The notes under the pieces: model-generated
Told to the model about the DNA's origin: nothing
The model's database searches: none
Seen by the model: only the letters and a program-made list of their open reading frames with translations
Position numbers and translations under genes: made by a program
Source of the DNA: Nemertoderma westbladi
Lineage: Eukaryota; Animalia; Xenacoelomorpha
Reading direction: 5' to 3'
NCBI GenBank assembly: GCA_032718475.1
Contig: JAUCBJ010000299.1
Span: 1 to 42,919, forward strand
Length of the DNA: 42,919 nucleotides
Shown here: piece after piece, positions 1 through 11,239 of the stretch
How positions within the stretch are numbered: the first letter of the stretch is position 1
Layout: each line of letters begins with the position of its first letter

Positions 1-3000
1 ACCTACCTTCGGGTAGCAGATAGGAGTAGCGCTCACCCTTACCTTCGGGTAGCAGATAGGAGTAGCACCCACCCCTACCTTCGGGTAGCAGATAGGAGTA
101 GCGCCCAACCCCTACCTTCGGGTAGCAGATAGGAGTAGCGCCCACCCCTACCTTCGGGTAGCAGATAGGAGTAACGCCCACCCCTACCTTCGGGTAGCAG
201 ATAGGAGTAGCGCTCACCCTTACCTTCGGGTAGCAGATAGGAGTAGCGCTCACCCCTACCTTCGGGTAGCAGATATGAGTAGCGCCCACCCCTACCTTCG
301 GGTAGCAGATAGGAGTAATACTCACCCCTACCTTCGGGTAGCAGATAGGAGTAGCGCCCATCCCTACCTTCGGGTAGCAGATAGGAGTAACACTCACCCC
401 ATCCTTCGGGTAGCAGATAGGAGTAACACTCACCCCTACCTTCGGGTAGCAGATAGGAGTAACACTCACCCCTACCTTCGGGTAGCAGATAGGAGTAACA
501 CTCACCCCTACCTTCGGGTAGCAGATAGGAGTAGCGTCCAACCATACCTTCGGGTAGCAGATAGGAGTAACACCCACCCCTACCTTCGGGTAGCAGATAG
601 GAGTAGCGCCCAACCATACCTTCGGGTAGCAGATAGGAGTAACACTCACCCCTACCTTCGGGTAGCAGATAGGAGTAACACTCACCCCTACCTTCGGGTA
701 GCAGATAGGAGTAACAACACTCACCCCTACCTTCGGGTAGCAGATAGGAGTAACACTCACCCCTACCTTCGGGTAGCAGATAGGAGTAACACTCACCCCT
801 ACCATCGGGTAGCAGATAGGAGTAACACTCACCCCTACCTTCGGATAGCAGATAGGAGTAACACTCACCCCTACCTTCGGGTAGCAGATAGGAGTAACAC
901 TCACCCCTACCTTCGGGTAGCAGATAGGAGTAACACTCACCCCTACCTTCGGGTAGCAGATAGGAGTAACACTCACCCCTACCTTCGGGTAGCAGATAGG
1001 AGTAACACTCACCCCTACCTTCGGGTAACAGATAGGAGTAGCGCCCACCCCTACCTTCGGGTAGCAGATAGGAGTAGCGCCCACCCCTCCTTTGGGTAGC
1101 AGATAGGAGTAGCGCCCACCCCTATACCTTCGGGTAGCAGATAGGAGTAGCACCCACCCCTACCTTCGGGTAGCAGATAGGAGTAACACTCACCCCTACC
1201 TTCGGGTAGCAGATAGGAGTAACACTCACCCCTACCTTCGGGTAGCAGATAGGAGTAACACTCACCCCTACCTTCGGGTAGCAGATAGGAGTAGCGCCCA
1301 CCCCTACCTTCGGGTAGCAGATAGAGTAGCGCCCACCCCTACCTTCGGGTAGCAGATAGGAGTAGCGCCCACCCCTACCTTCGGGTAGCAGATAGGAGTA
1401 GAACCCACCCCTACCTTCGGGTAGCAGATAGGAGTAACACTCACCCCTACCTTCGGGTAGCAGATAGGAGTAGCGCCCAACCCCTACCTTCGGGTAGCAG
1501 ATAGGAGTAGCGCCCAACCCCTACCTTCGGGTAGCAGATAGGAGTAGCGCCCAACCCCTACCTTCGGGTAGCAGATAGGAGTAGCGCCCATCCCTACCTT
1601 CGGGTAGCAGATAGGAGTAGCACTCACCCCTACTTTCGTGTAGCAGATAGGAGTAGCACCCACCCCTACCTTCGGGTAGCAGATAGGAGTAGCGCCCAAC
1701 CCCTACCTTCGGGTAGCAGATAGGAGTAGCGCCCAACCCCTACCTTCGGGTAGCAGATAGGAGTAGCGCCCACCCCTACCTTCGGGTAGCAGATAGGAGT
1801 AACGCCCACCCCTACCTTCGGGTAGCAGATAGGAGTAGCGCTCACCCTTACCTTCGGGTAGCAGATAGGAGTAGCACCCACCCCTACCTTCGGGTAGCAG
1901 ATAGGAGTAGCGCCCACCCCTACCTTCGGGTAGCAGATAGGAGTAGCGCCCAACCCCTACCTTCGGGTAGCAGATAGGAGTAGCGCCCACCCCTACCTTC
2001 GGGTAGCAGATAGGAGTAGCGCCCAACCCCTACCTTCGGGTAGCAGATAGGAGTAGCGCCCACCCCTACCTTCGGGTAGCAGATAGGAGTAACGCCCACC
2101 CCTACCTTCGGGTAGCAGATAGGAGTAGCGCCCACCCCTACCTTCGGGTAGCAGATAGGAGTAGCGCCCAACCCCTACCTTCGGGTAGCAGATAGGAGTA
2201 GCGCCCACCCCTACCTTCGGGCAGCAGATAGGAGTAACGCCCACCCCTACCTTCGGGTAGCAGATAGGAGTAGCGCTCACCCTTACCTTCGGGTAGCAGA
2301 TAGGAGTAGCACCCACCCCTACCTTCGGGTAGCAGATAGGAGTAGCGCCCACCCCTACCTTCGGGTAGCAGATAGGAGTAGCGCCCAACCCCTACCTTCG
2401 GGTAGCAGATAGGAGTAGCGCCCACCCCTACCTTCGGGTAGCAGATAGGAGTAACGCCCACCCCTACCTTCGGGTAGCAGATAGGAGTAGCGCTCACCCT
2501 TACCTTCGGGTAGCAGATAGGAGTAGCGCCCAACCCCTACCTTCGGGTAGCAGATAGGAGTAGCGCCCACCCCTACCTTCGGGTAGCAGATAGGAGTAGC
2601 GCCCAACCCCTACCTTCGGGTAGCAGATAGGAGTAGCGCCCACCCCTACCTTCGGGTAGCAGATAGGAGTAACGCCCACCCCTACCTTCGGGTAGCAGAT
2701 AGGAGTAGCGCTCACCCTTACCTTCGGGTAGCAGATAGGAGTAGCACCCACCCCTACCTTCGGGTAGCAGATAGGAGTAGCGCCCAACCCCTACCTTCGG
2801 GTAGCAGATAGGAGTAGCGCCCACCCCTACCTTCGGGTAGCAGATAGGAGTAACGCCCACCCCTACCTTCGGGTAGCAGATAGGAGTAGCGCTCACCCTT
2901 ACCTTCGGGTAGCAGATAGGAGTAGCGCCCACCCCTACCTTCGGGTAGCAGATAGGAGTAGCGCCCACCCCTACCTTCGGGTAACAGATAGGAGTAACGC

Positions 3001-4383
3001 TCACCCCTACCTTCGGGTAGCAGATAGGAGTAGCGCCCATCCCTACCTTCGGGTAGCAGATAGGAGTAACACTCACCCCTACCTTCGGGTAGCAGATAGG
3101 AGTAACACTCACCCCTACCTTCGGGTAGCAGATAGGAGTAACACTCACCCCTACCTTCGGGTAGCAGATAGGAGTAGCGCCCACCCCTACCTTCGGGTAG
3201 CAGATAGGAGTAGCGCCCACCCCTACCTTCGGGTAGCAGATAGGAGTAGCGCCCACCCCTACCTTCGGGTAGCAGATAGGAGTAACGCCCACCCCTACCT
3301 TCGGGTAGCAGATAGGAGTAGCGCCCACCCCTACCTTCGGGTAGCAGATAGGAGTAGCGCCCACCCCTATACCTTCGGGTAGCAGATAGGAGTAGCACCC
3401 ACCCCTACCTTCGGGTAGCAGATAGGAGTAACACTCACCCCTACCTTCGGGTAGCAGATAGGAGTAACACCCACCCCTACCTTCGGGTAGCAGATAGGAG
3501 TAACACTCACCCCTACCTTCGGGTAGCAGATAGGAGTAGCGCCCACCCCTACCTTCGGGTAGCAGATAGGAGTAGCGCCCACCCCTACCTTCGGGTAGCA
3601 GATAGGAGTAGCGCCCACCCCTACCTTCGGGTAGCAGATAGGAGTAGAACCCACCCCTACCTTCGGGTAGCAGATAGGAGTAGCGCCCACCCCTACCTTC
3701 GGGTAACAGATAGGAGTAGCGCCCCTGCCTTCGGGTAGAAGATAGGAGTAACGCCCACCCCGACCTTCGGGTAGCAGATAGGAGTAACACTCACCCCTAC
3801 CTTCGGGTAGCAGATAGGAGTAACACCCACCCCTACCTTCGGGTAACAGATAGGAGTAGCGCCCACCCCTACCTTCGGGTAGCAGATAGGAGTAGCGCCC
3901 ACCCCTACCTTCGGGTAACAGATAGGAGTAGCGCCCACCCCTACCCTCGGGTAACAGATATTAGTAGCACCCACCCCTACCTTCGGGTAGCAGATAGGAG
4001 TAACACCCACCCCTACCTTCGGGTAGCAGATAGGAGTAACACCCACCCCTACCCTCGGGTAGCAGATAGGAGTAGCGCCCACCCCTACCTTCGGGTAGCA
4101 GATAGGAGTAGAGCCCGCCCCTACCCTCGGGTAGCAGATAGGAGTAGCGCCCACCCCTACCCTCGGGTAGCAGATAGGAGTAGCACCCACCCCTACCTTC
4201 GGGTAGCAGATAGGAGTAGCGCCCATCCCTACCTTCGGGTAGCAGATAGGAGTAGCGCCCACCCCTACCTTCGGGTAGCAGATAGGAGTAGCGCCCACCC
4301 CTACCTTCGGGTAGCAGATAGGAGTAACACTCACCACTACCTTCGGGTAGCAGATAGGAGTAGCGCCCACCCCTCCTTTGGGT
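1..4383. repeat. 36-bp tandem satellite array 1 (consensus CCCCTACCTTCGGGTAGCAGATAGGAGTAGCGCCCA), ~120 copies, runs off the left window edge
   Basis: Direct 36-bp (sometimes 37-bp) periodicity. Near-invariant core CTACCTTCGGGTAGCAGATAGGAGTA, with variation concentrated in the following ~10 nt. Confidence 0.98.
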
Positions 4384-5121
4384 TGTAATGGTAGAGCGTC
4401 TATGAATCTCAGATCCAATTTATATTTATACATTACACACCAATTATGTTCAGTAACAATGCAATATATTACGGTACACTCTATTCGACATACCTATTCA
4501 GCAGAAGCCGTCCTCTGATTGGCCCTGCATCAGATTATTAATGCCGTTATTATTACAGCCAATTATGTTGCTCAGTTCCTAATGGTAATAAGTAATTATA
4601 GAGGTCAACTCTTATACTATATAATAGCAGTAACAACATTATTTGCACTCTCTCCTTACCTGTTGGTAGCAGTTAGGAGTAATACTCATTGTTACCTTCA
4701 GGTAGCAGATATCATTAACACCAAATCTTACCAACGTATAGCAGATATATTTACATCCCTCCATTGTTTATTATTTAGTATTAGAGTCCGGCCGTATTAT
4801 CTAGAAGTTAGTAGCGCAAGGCCTACAGTGCAGTGCAATAGGAGTAGCGTCCACCCACCTGCGTAAGCAAAAGGGGGAAGTAATTGCCATCCTGTCCGTA
4901 GCTATTGATGTACCCTGTACCCTTCTGCCCATTCTCCTCGGGAAAACAAGGGCCACTGGGAAGGGCCTTTGTTGGATTAGAAGTGTGTGGTAGCCGACGG
5001 ACGTAAAGTAACGGGTTACTACGCTAGCGGTTGCTAGAGTGGCTGTGGCATTTCGGTGGCCGGCGTTATCTTTCACATTAAGGCAGTGGGGATAGACGCA
5101 TGCAGCGGGGGTCCCATACAT

Positions 5122-6383
5122 GGGTAGCAGATAGGCGTAGCGCCCAACCCTACCTTCGGGTAGCAGATAGGAGTAGCGCCCACCCCTACCTTCGGGTAGC
5201 AGATAGGAGTAGCGCCCACCCCTCCTTTGGGTAGCAGATAGGCGTAGCGCCCAACCCTACCTTCGGGTAGCAGATGAGTAGCAACATCCCCTACCTTCGG
5301 GAAGCAGATAGGAGTAGCGCCCACCCCTCCTTTGGGTAGCAGATAGGAGTAGCGCCCAACCCCTACCTTCGGGTAGCGGATAGGAGTAACACCCACCCCT
5401 ACCTTCGGGTAGCAGATAAGAGTAACACCCACCCCCACCTTCGGGTAGCAGATATGAGTAGCGCCCATCCCTACCTTCGGGTAGCAGATAGGAGTAACAC
5501 TCACCACTACCTTCGGGTAGCAGATAGGAGTAGCGCCCACCCCTCCTTTGGGTAGCAGATAGGAGCAGCGCCCAACCCTACCTTCGGGTAGCAGATGAGT
5601 AGCAACCACCCCTACCGTCGGGTAGCAGATGAGTAGCAACCACCCCTACCTTCGGGTAGCAGATAGGAGTAGCGCCCACCCCTCCTTTGGGTAGCAGATA
5701 GGAGTAGCGCCCACCCCTACCTCCGGGTAGCAGATAGGAGTAGCGCCCATCCCTACCTCCGGGTAGCAGATAGGAGTAGCGCCCATCCCTACCTTCGGGT
5801 AGCAGATAGAAGTAACACCCACCCCTACCTTCGGGTAGCAGATAGGAGTAGCGCCCACCCCTACCTCCGGGTAGCAGATAGGAGTAGCGCCCATCCCTAC
5901 CTTCGGGTAGCAGATAGAAGTAACACCCACCCCTACCTTCGGGTAGCAGATAGGAGTAGCGCCCACCCCTCCTTTGGGTAGCAGATACGGGTAGCAGATG
6001 AGTAGCAACCACCCATACCTTCGGGTAGCAGATAGGAGTAGCGCCCAACCCTACCTTCGGGTAGCAGATAGGAGTAGCGCCCAACCGTACCTTCGGGTAG
6101 CAGATGAGTAGCAACCACCCATACCTTCGGGTAGCAGATAGGAGTAGCGCCCAACCCTACCTTCGGGTAGCAGATGAGTAGCAACCACCCCTACCTTCGG
6201 GTAGCAGATAGGAGTAGCGCCCAACCCTACCTTCGGGTAGCAGATAGGAGTAGCGCCTACCCCTACCTTCGGGTAGCAAATAGGAGTAGCGCCCACCCCT
6301 ACCTTCGGGTAGCAGATAGGAGTAGCACCCAACCCTACCTTCGGGTAGCAAATAGGAGTAGCGCCCACCCCTACCTTCGGCTA
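5122..6383. repeat. 36-bp tandem satellite array 2 (same family, more diverged, ~35 copies)
   Basis: Same monomer as array 1, with extra variants such as GATGAGTAGCAACC and CCTCCTTTGGG. Ends ~115 bp from the PRMT2-like stop codon. Confidence 0.97.
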
Positions 6384-6498
6384 GTTCGGCTAGGCAGACT
6401 CTCTAGTCTCTACTCTCTAATTTGTTATTATTATATTACAAATATTCATAGAAAAAGGCCACAAAACTATAAAATATTCCACTTAAATGAATTAATAT

Positions 6499-8505
6499 TT
6501 ACTTCCACAGAAAGAACGTTTTTGTCACGGAAGTGACACCAGTTCCTTTACCCGAACTAGAGACAGTTAGATCCAATCGGACCCTAAGATGTCGTCTCCA
6601 GTCTGGGTGTCTTAGTACCCGCACAGTCCCCGCAATCCGTTGCCCAGCAATCACCGCCACGGGCTCGTCCAATAGGAACAGGTCCTGCTTCCAGTGGGTC
6701 AGGGGCGCTCTGGGCCCGGTGTCTAGACTCGCTATGGGAGCCCGTCCGCCAAGCTCGTGGAACCAGCAGACGAACCACGAAGAGAACCCGTATAGAGAAC
6801 CATCCCGTAGGACCTGCCAGTCCACCGGACAGACAATCCGGTCCAGATCGCCGGACGACCAGTCCAACATATCGATCCGACACAATTCCAACTCGTCGGA
6901 CAATAAATCCCCGACATCCAACTCGTGATTATAAATCGGACTCGACAACAAATCGCTTTTCGCTTTGCATTTCAGCGCCGACATATCGACACCCACTACG
7001 TCGTCCCAGACGGACACGAGTTCGTTGTATCGCCGCTGAGCGTCGCACGGCGCCATAAACAGTTGCGCCACAGAAGGCCACATTGTGCCGCCCTCTTTAA
7101 GGAATAAATCCCTCGCAGCGAAAACTGAATCGATCATAAACTCGAACAACAAGAAGGTCCCCATCCATTCCGATATGATGACGTCGACTTTCTCAGGGAT
7201 AATTGCGTCTTCTACTCGGCAGTTGTGAATCTCGATAGATGCCGTTAGTCCGAGATTTTCTACGACTTTTCCTGAGTCTTTAGCAATCTCCGATGCCTCT
7301 ACAGCGTAAACTCGAGAGCATCTACCGGTGACAACGCATAGGATCGCTAGCAAACCAGTCCCTGAGCCGACATCCAGGACCGTCTTATCGCAGAGATCAG
7401 AGGCGCTGATCGCTGATTTATAGACGCGGTTACGCGCGGTATCTCCCGCTAGTTCTGCGTGGAGACGGAGGGATGAATAACTCGAGAAGTATTCCTCGTC
7501 CTGATATAGGAGTCTGCGGAGTTCGTGTTGGTAACGGAGGGAATTGGTGGTAGGGAGGGTGGGATCCGTTGTGGAGGGGTTTGGGTCGGTGTGGGTGGGT
7601 GGGAAGGGGGTTGGGTCGGTGTGGGTGGGTGGGGAGGGGGTTGGGTCGGTGTGGGTGGGTGGGAAGGGGGTTGGGTCGGTGTGGGTGGGTGGGGAGGGGG
7701 TTGGGTCGATGTGGGTGGGTGGGGAGGGGGTTGGGTCGGAATAGGTGGGTTGGAAGGGGGTTGGGTTGGTGTGGGTGGGTGGGGAGGGGGTTGGGTCGGT
7801 GTGGGTGGGTGTGAAGGGGGTTGGGTCGGTGTGGGTGGGTGGGGAGGGGGTTGGGTCGGTGTGGGTGGGTGGGAAGGGGGTTGGGTCGGTGTGGGTAGGT
7901 GGGGAGGGGGTTGGGTCGATGTGGGTGGGTGGGGAGGGGGTTGGGTCGGAATAGGTGGGTGGGAAGGGGGTTGGGTCGGTGTGGGTGTGTGTGGAGGGGG
8001 TTGGGTCGGAATAGGTGGGTTGGAAGGGGGTTGGGTTGGTGTGGGTGTGGGAGGGTGGGGAGGGGGTTGGGTCGGAATAGGTGGGTGGGAAGGGAGTTGG
8101 GTCGGTGTGGGTATGTGGGGAGGGGGTTGGCTGAGTTTGGTGGAGAGTTGATGAGATTGGATCAGCTTGAGGGAGTGAACCACCGGTACCTTTACATTTA
8201 TAATTAGATAAGATTGGATCGACTTCGACACTAGACCTACTGCGTTGATGTAAGAAAGATGATGGAATATAACCAACATCGCAGGCGGAGTTACAAACCC
8301 AAAACCAAACATTGGTGGCCCGCTGGAGAATATATAACGGCTCTCCGGACACTGCACTAAGCTCGTGTTCGCCTTTTGCAACGTAATCAAAAGCTGCCAC
8401 TGCGTGATTCGCACTAGAATCCGTTGTGTCGAATTCATTATTACAATCCGATTGGTGGTGTTTCTCCTTTAGTGATAATTTAGAAAATGAAGTGGCAGTT
8501 GACAT
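6499..8505 (-). CDS. PRMT2: Protein arginine N-methyltransferase 2-like (N-terminal SH3 + type I PRMT catalytic core), single uninterrupted CDS, ~668 aa
   Basis: SH3-like segment AFDYVAKGEHELS..G..WFWV..GYIPSSFL. PRMT motifs: YFSSY, motif I VLDVGSGTG, post-I VYAVEAS, double-E loop SEWMGTFLLFE, motif III LKEGG, THW loop LTHWKQ. SH3+PRMT is the PRMT2 architecture. First ATG at 8505 (the ORF track starts at TTG 8517). Confidence 0.92.
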   Translation of the reverse strand: MSTATSFSKLSLKEKHHQSDCNNEFDTTDSSANHAVAAFDYVAKGEHELSAVSGEPLYILQRATNVWFWVCNSACDVGYIPSSFLHQRSRSSVEVDPILSNYKCKGTGGSLPQADPISSTLHQTQPTPSPHTHTDPTPFPPTYSDPTPSPPSHTHTNPTPFQPTYSDPTPSTHTHTDPTPFPPTYSDPTPSPPTHIDPTPSPPTHTDPTPFPPTHTDPTPSPPTHTDPTPFTPTHTDPTPSPPTHTNPTPFQPTYSDPTPSPPTHIDPTPSPPTHTDPTPFPPTHTDPTPSPPTHTDPTPFPPTHTDPNPSTTDPTLPTTNSLRYQHELRRLLYQDEEYFSSYSSLRLHAELAGDTARNRVYKSAISASDLCDKTVLDVGSGTGLLAILCVVTGRCSRVYAVEASEIAKDSGKVVENLGLTASIEIHNCRVEDAIIPEKVDVIISEWMGTFLLFEFMIDSVFAARDLFLKEGGTMWPSVAQLFMAPCDAQRRYNELVSVWDDVVGVDMSALKCKAKSDLLSSPIYNHELDVGDLLSDELELCRIDMLDWSSGDLDRIVCPVDWQVLRDGSLYGFSSWFVCWFHELGGRAPIASLDTGPRAPLTHWKQDLFLLDEPVAVIAGQRIAGTVRVLRHPDWRRHLRVRLDLTVSSSGKGTGVTSVTKTFFLWK
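7570..8135 (-). repeat. 30-bp coding minisatellite within the PRMT2-like linker (THTDPTP[S/F]PP x ~18)
   Basis: Plus-strand unit GTGGGTGGGTGGGGAGGGGGTTGGGTCGGT repeated in frame, giving a Pro/Thr-rich decapeptide between the SH3 and catalytic domains. Confidence 0.95.
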
Positions 8506-10224
8506 GATTCTATTCAACTTGTAGTAAGTAATTCTAATACCAGAAGTGTAAGTGGTAGGCCTAAGGGGTGATAAAATATCAATATATTCACATTAAATAT
8601 TTGTTAGCTTCCTAGTTTGATCGATTAAAATGTTTTTATATTATATTATTATATTCAGACAATCGAAAGCGAAATGAAGAAAAAACTTCTCACCGTTCAG
8701 TGGTCACCGCCACCGGTAACATGACGCATGAGAAACTGGCTCAATGGGCTACGAACAGACGAACAGACGCATGGCCTAAATAAAAAAAATAGAATGCATT
8801 TAGGCCTACTGTGTGTGACCTACTCAACTACGTTGTAGACAATCAGTGATTACGCAGTACTGTAGTACTGTAGTACTGGTACCAGTAGCCTACTGCAGTA
8901 CTGCCTCGTACAACAGCGGAGCCGGAGAGTGGATCTAATTGTATTACTTACACTACTGCACAACACATTCTAGTTTGAATTTACCGCGTTATTGACATCT
9001 TGAACCCCCAACCAAGGTGCGAAATCGCTATATCATTTGGTAGTTGTAGAGGGAAAGCTGTGGTAGCTGTCAATTATGGCTTGGTTTTTTGTTTTATTAA
9101 AACATGGATAAATTTCAGAAGATCGAAGTTACATTTAATTTAACATAGGTCGTTAGGAATACAAGCGTTTAAAAAAAAAGTTTCCGGTCCGGTGAAATTA
9201 TACCAGTTAGTCTGGTTCCAAATCTAATACGCCTAGAAAGGCGTATCAGGGTATGAGGGTAAATTTGTTTTATGGCCGGTACCCAAGCGGTTTAGGCTAA
9301 ATCGAGTGAGCAGAATCCGAATCCTCGGATGCCAAGCCTAATTGTGAATTTTTGGGTCCCGTTTCACCATGGCAACATGAGGTCATTTGCAAAACACCAA
9401 TTTCTAATGACCCTACAGAATTCTAACCTTCACCTACCCCATCCCCCCCAAAAAAAAAAATCGGCGTCAGATAATCCGTTGGAGGTAGATTTTATAATCC
9501 AGTCACCATGGCAACTGTTCAAAATACATACGTCTTCAAATGTCGTTTTACTTATTTTCAAATTTTGGTGTATTTTTGCAAATACAGAATCAATAGTTTT
9601 CTAAATATATAATTATAAATATTTAATTTTACCCCGCGTGGGGGTGTATATTATAATATTAATAGTTTTGTAAACTATTGCCAAATACGTGTTCCCCTTG
9701 TGCTAAAATAATCAAACATTCCAAATATATTCTCAATAAGACCTTCTATATTTTTAATGGTGGCGCCATAAAAATTGATTGCCAGCTAACAAAAGTACCA
9801 TGGAAACTAGCAAAAAATATCCCTTGTAATGTTTCATCATCATCTTAAATCTAGTTACTAATCAGTTTAAAAAGAAGTTAATTTAGGGTCAATTACTTTA
9901 CATGTTCATAACCCAAGAAAATTATTTACCGACGCAGCAGGTATTTTCTACTGTATTTCCATAGCAACCTGAACCATTTTGTAGAATGTATAATAGACGT
10001 AAGAAACATCTCATATGTAGTACAGATGCATATCAATATTTTATAGTCTACATTCATGATCACAAGCGAAGTCCATAACTATTGATATTTTAATTAACTA
10101 CATTATTTTTACTTATTTTTACGGAACTATTTTAATTTGACTTGCTTCGTTTTAGTATTTTTATTTTTTAATGAACTACTTTATGAGTCTAATTTAATTT
10201 TAAATTGAAGTTTTTAGCGCTACT

Positions 10225-10305
10225 GTATATAAATATAATTAATATAATATAATATAATATATATAATAATATATAATAATGTATAATAATATATAATATA
10301 ATAAT
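10225..10305. repeat. AT-rich microsatellite (AATAT/ATA)n
   Basis: Run of ataatatataat units. Confidence 0.85.
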
Positions 10306-10765
10306 TGATTGTTACCATAACAACGGGTATATTTTATTATTGATGTACATAGTAATTATTATTATTTCGGTTTTGTTATTTTATTCGCCTTAGAAGTGAA
10401 TAATATAAGGATTTTTGATAATTAAAAGTATATAAAACAGTATATATTCTACAGTTATTTTATTTAACAAAAAATTGATTTATTGCCATATCAACCTGCA
10501 ACGGGAGTTTTCTTCCTTGGCTCCATACTGTAGGTAGGTCGAAAAACGCGGGACTGTTTGGAGGAAATACTGTACCGCAGCGGCGATGGCGAGTGCTTCC
10601 AAGTTCTAACTCGCATGGGAGGAAGCTGGTGTAAAATCCGGCAAGGGGGAGTTCTTTGCCGACTTGCAAGACGGTGACAATGCCGTCGACAGATGACGCG
10701 GCGTCCGTAACAAGATCGAGTTCATCGCGGGGCGCTGGGGTTACATCGCCTTTCGGAAAGTCGTG

Positions 10766-10965
10766 ATTTGGCAAAAAAAGTCGAGATTCGGCAAAAAGTC
10801 GAGATTCGGCAAAAAAAGTCGAGATTCCGCAAAAAGTCGAAATTGGGCAAAAATTTGAGATTCGGCAAAAAGTCGAGTTTCGGCAAAAAGTCGAGATTCG
10901 GCAAAAAGTCGAGATTCGGCAAAAAAAAGTCGCGATTCGGCAAAAAAGTTGCGTTTTGGCAAAAG
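10766..10965. repeat. ~18-20-bp tandem repeat (GAGATTCGGCAAAAAGTC), ~10 copies
   Basis: Direct periodicity with a variable A-run. Possibly the subterminal repeat of a DNA transposon (inference). Confidence 0.9.
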
Positions 10966-11239
10966 ATAAAGATAAATTCCTAGATGTTAGATCGTGTTGA
11001 ATTCAATTATTAAAATTGTAGTGGTCTTTTTTATGTCAATTATGCAAGTAGGTGGTACAGTACTAATATTATTTTACAGTATTTATTTGTATGGAATTAA
11101 TTTCTCACTAACAAATCGCCAGGGCAATTTGGTTGCCAGTTGCCCCTTAAATATATTCCAAGATTCAGTTTAAACAGATTAAGATCATGGAAATGGGGAA
11201 GGTTATCACCTACATACATTTCGCCCTCTAGCGGCAGAC

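Noticed and set aside
1-6383. CRISPR array (36-bp hairpin-containing repeats)
   Set aside because: Units are head-to-tail with no unique spacers, there are no cas genes, and the context is eukaryotic.
75-6536. Many ORFs (YSYLLPEGRG / ATPICYPKVG / HPYLRVADRS repeats)
   Set aside because: These are translations of a 36-bp unit that lacks stops in several frames; frames switch at 37-bp units.
6533-8438. Overlapping and antisense ORFs across the PRMT2-like gene (e.g. 7449-8438, 7525-8151)
   Set aside because: Alternative-frame shadows of the real CDS and its 30-bp repeat.
10460-10983. Short ORFs at 10.4-11.0 kb
   Set aside because: Mostly translation of the 18-bp repeat. The unique part has no recognisable domain.
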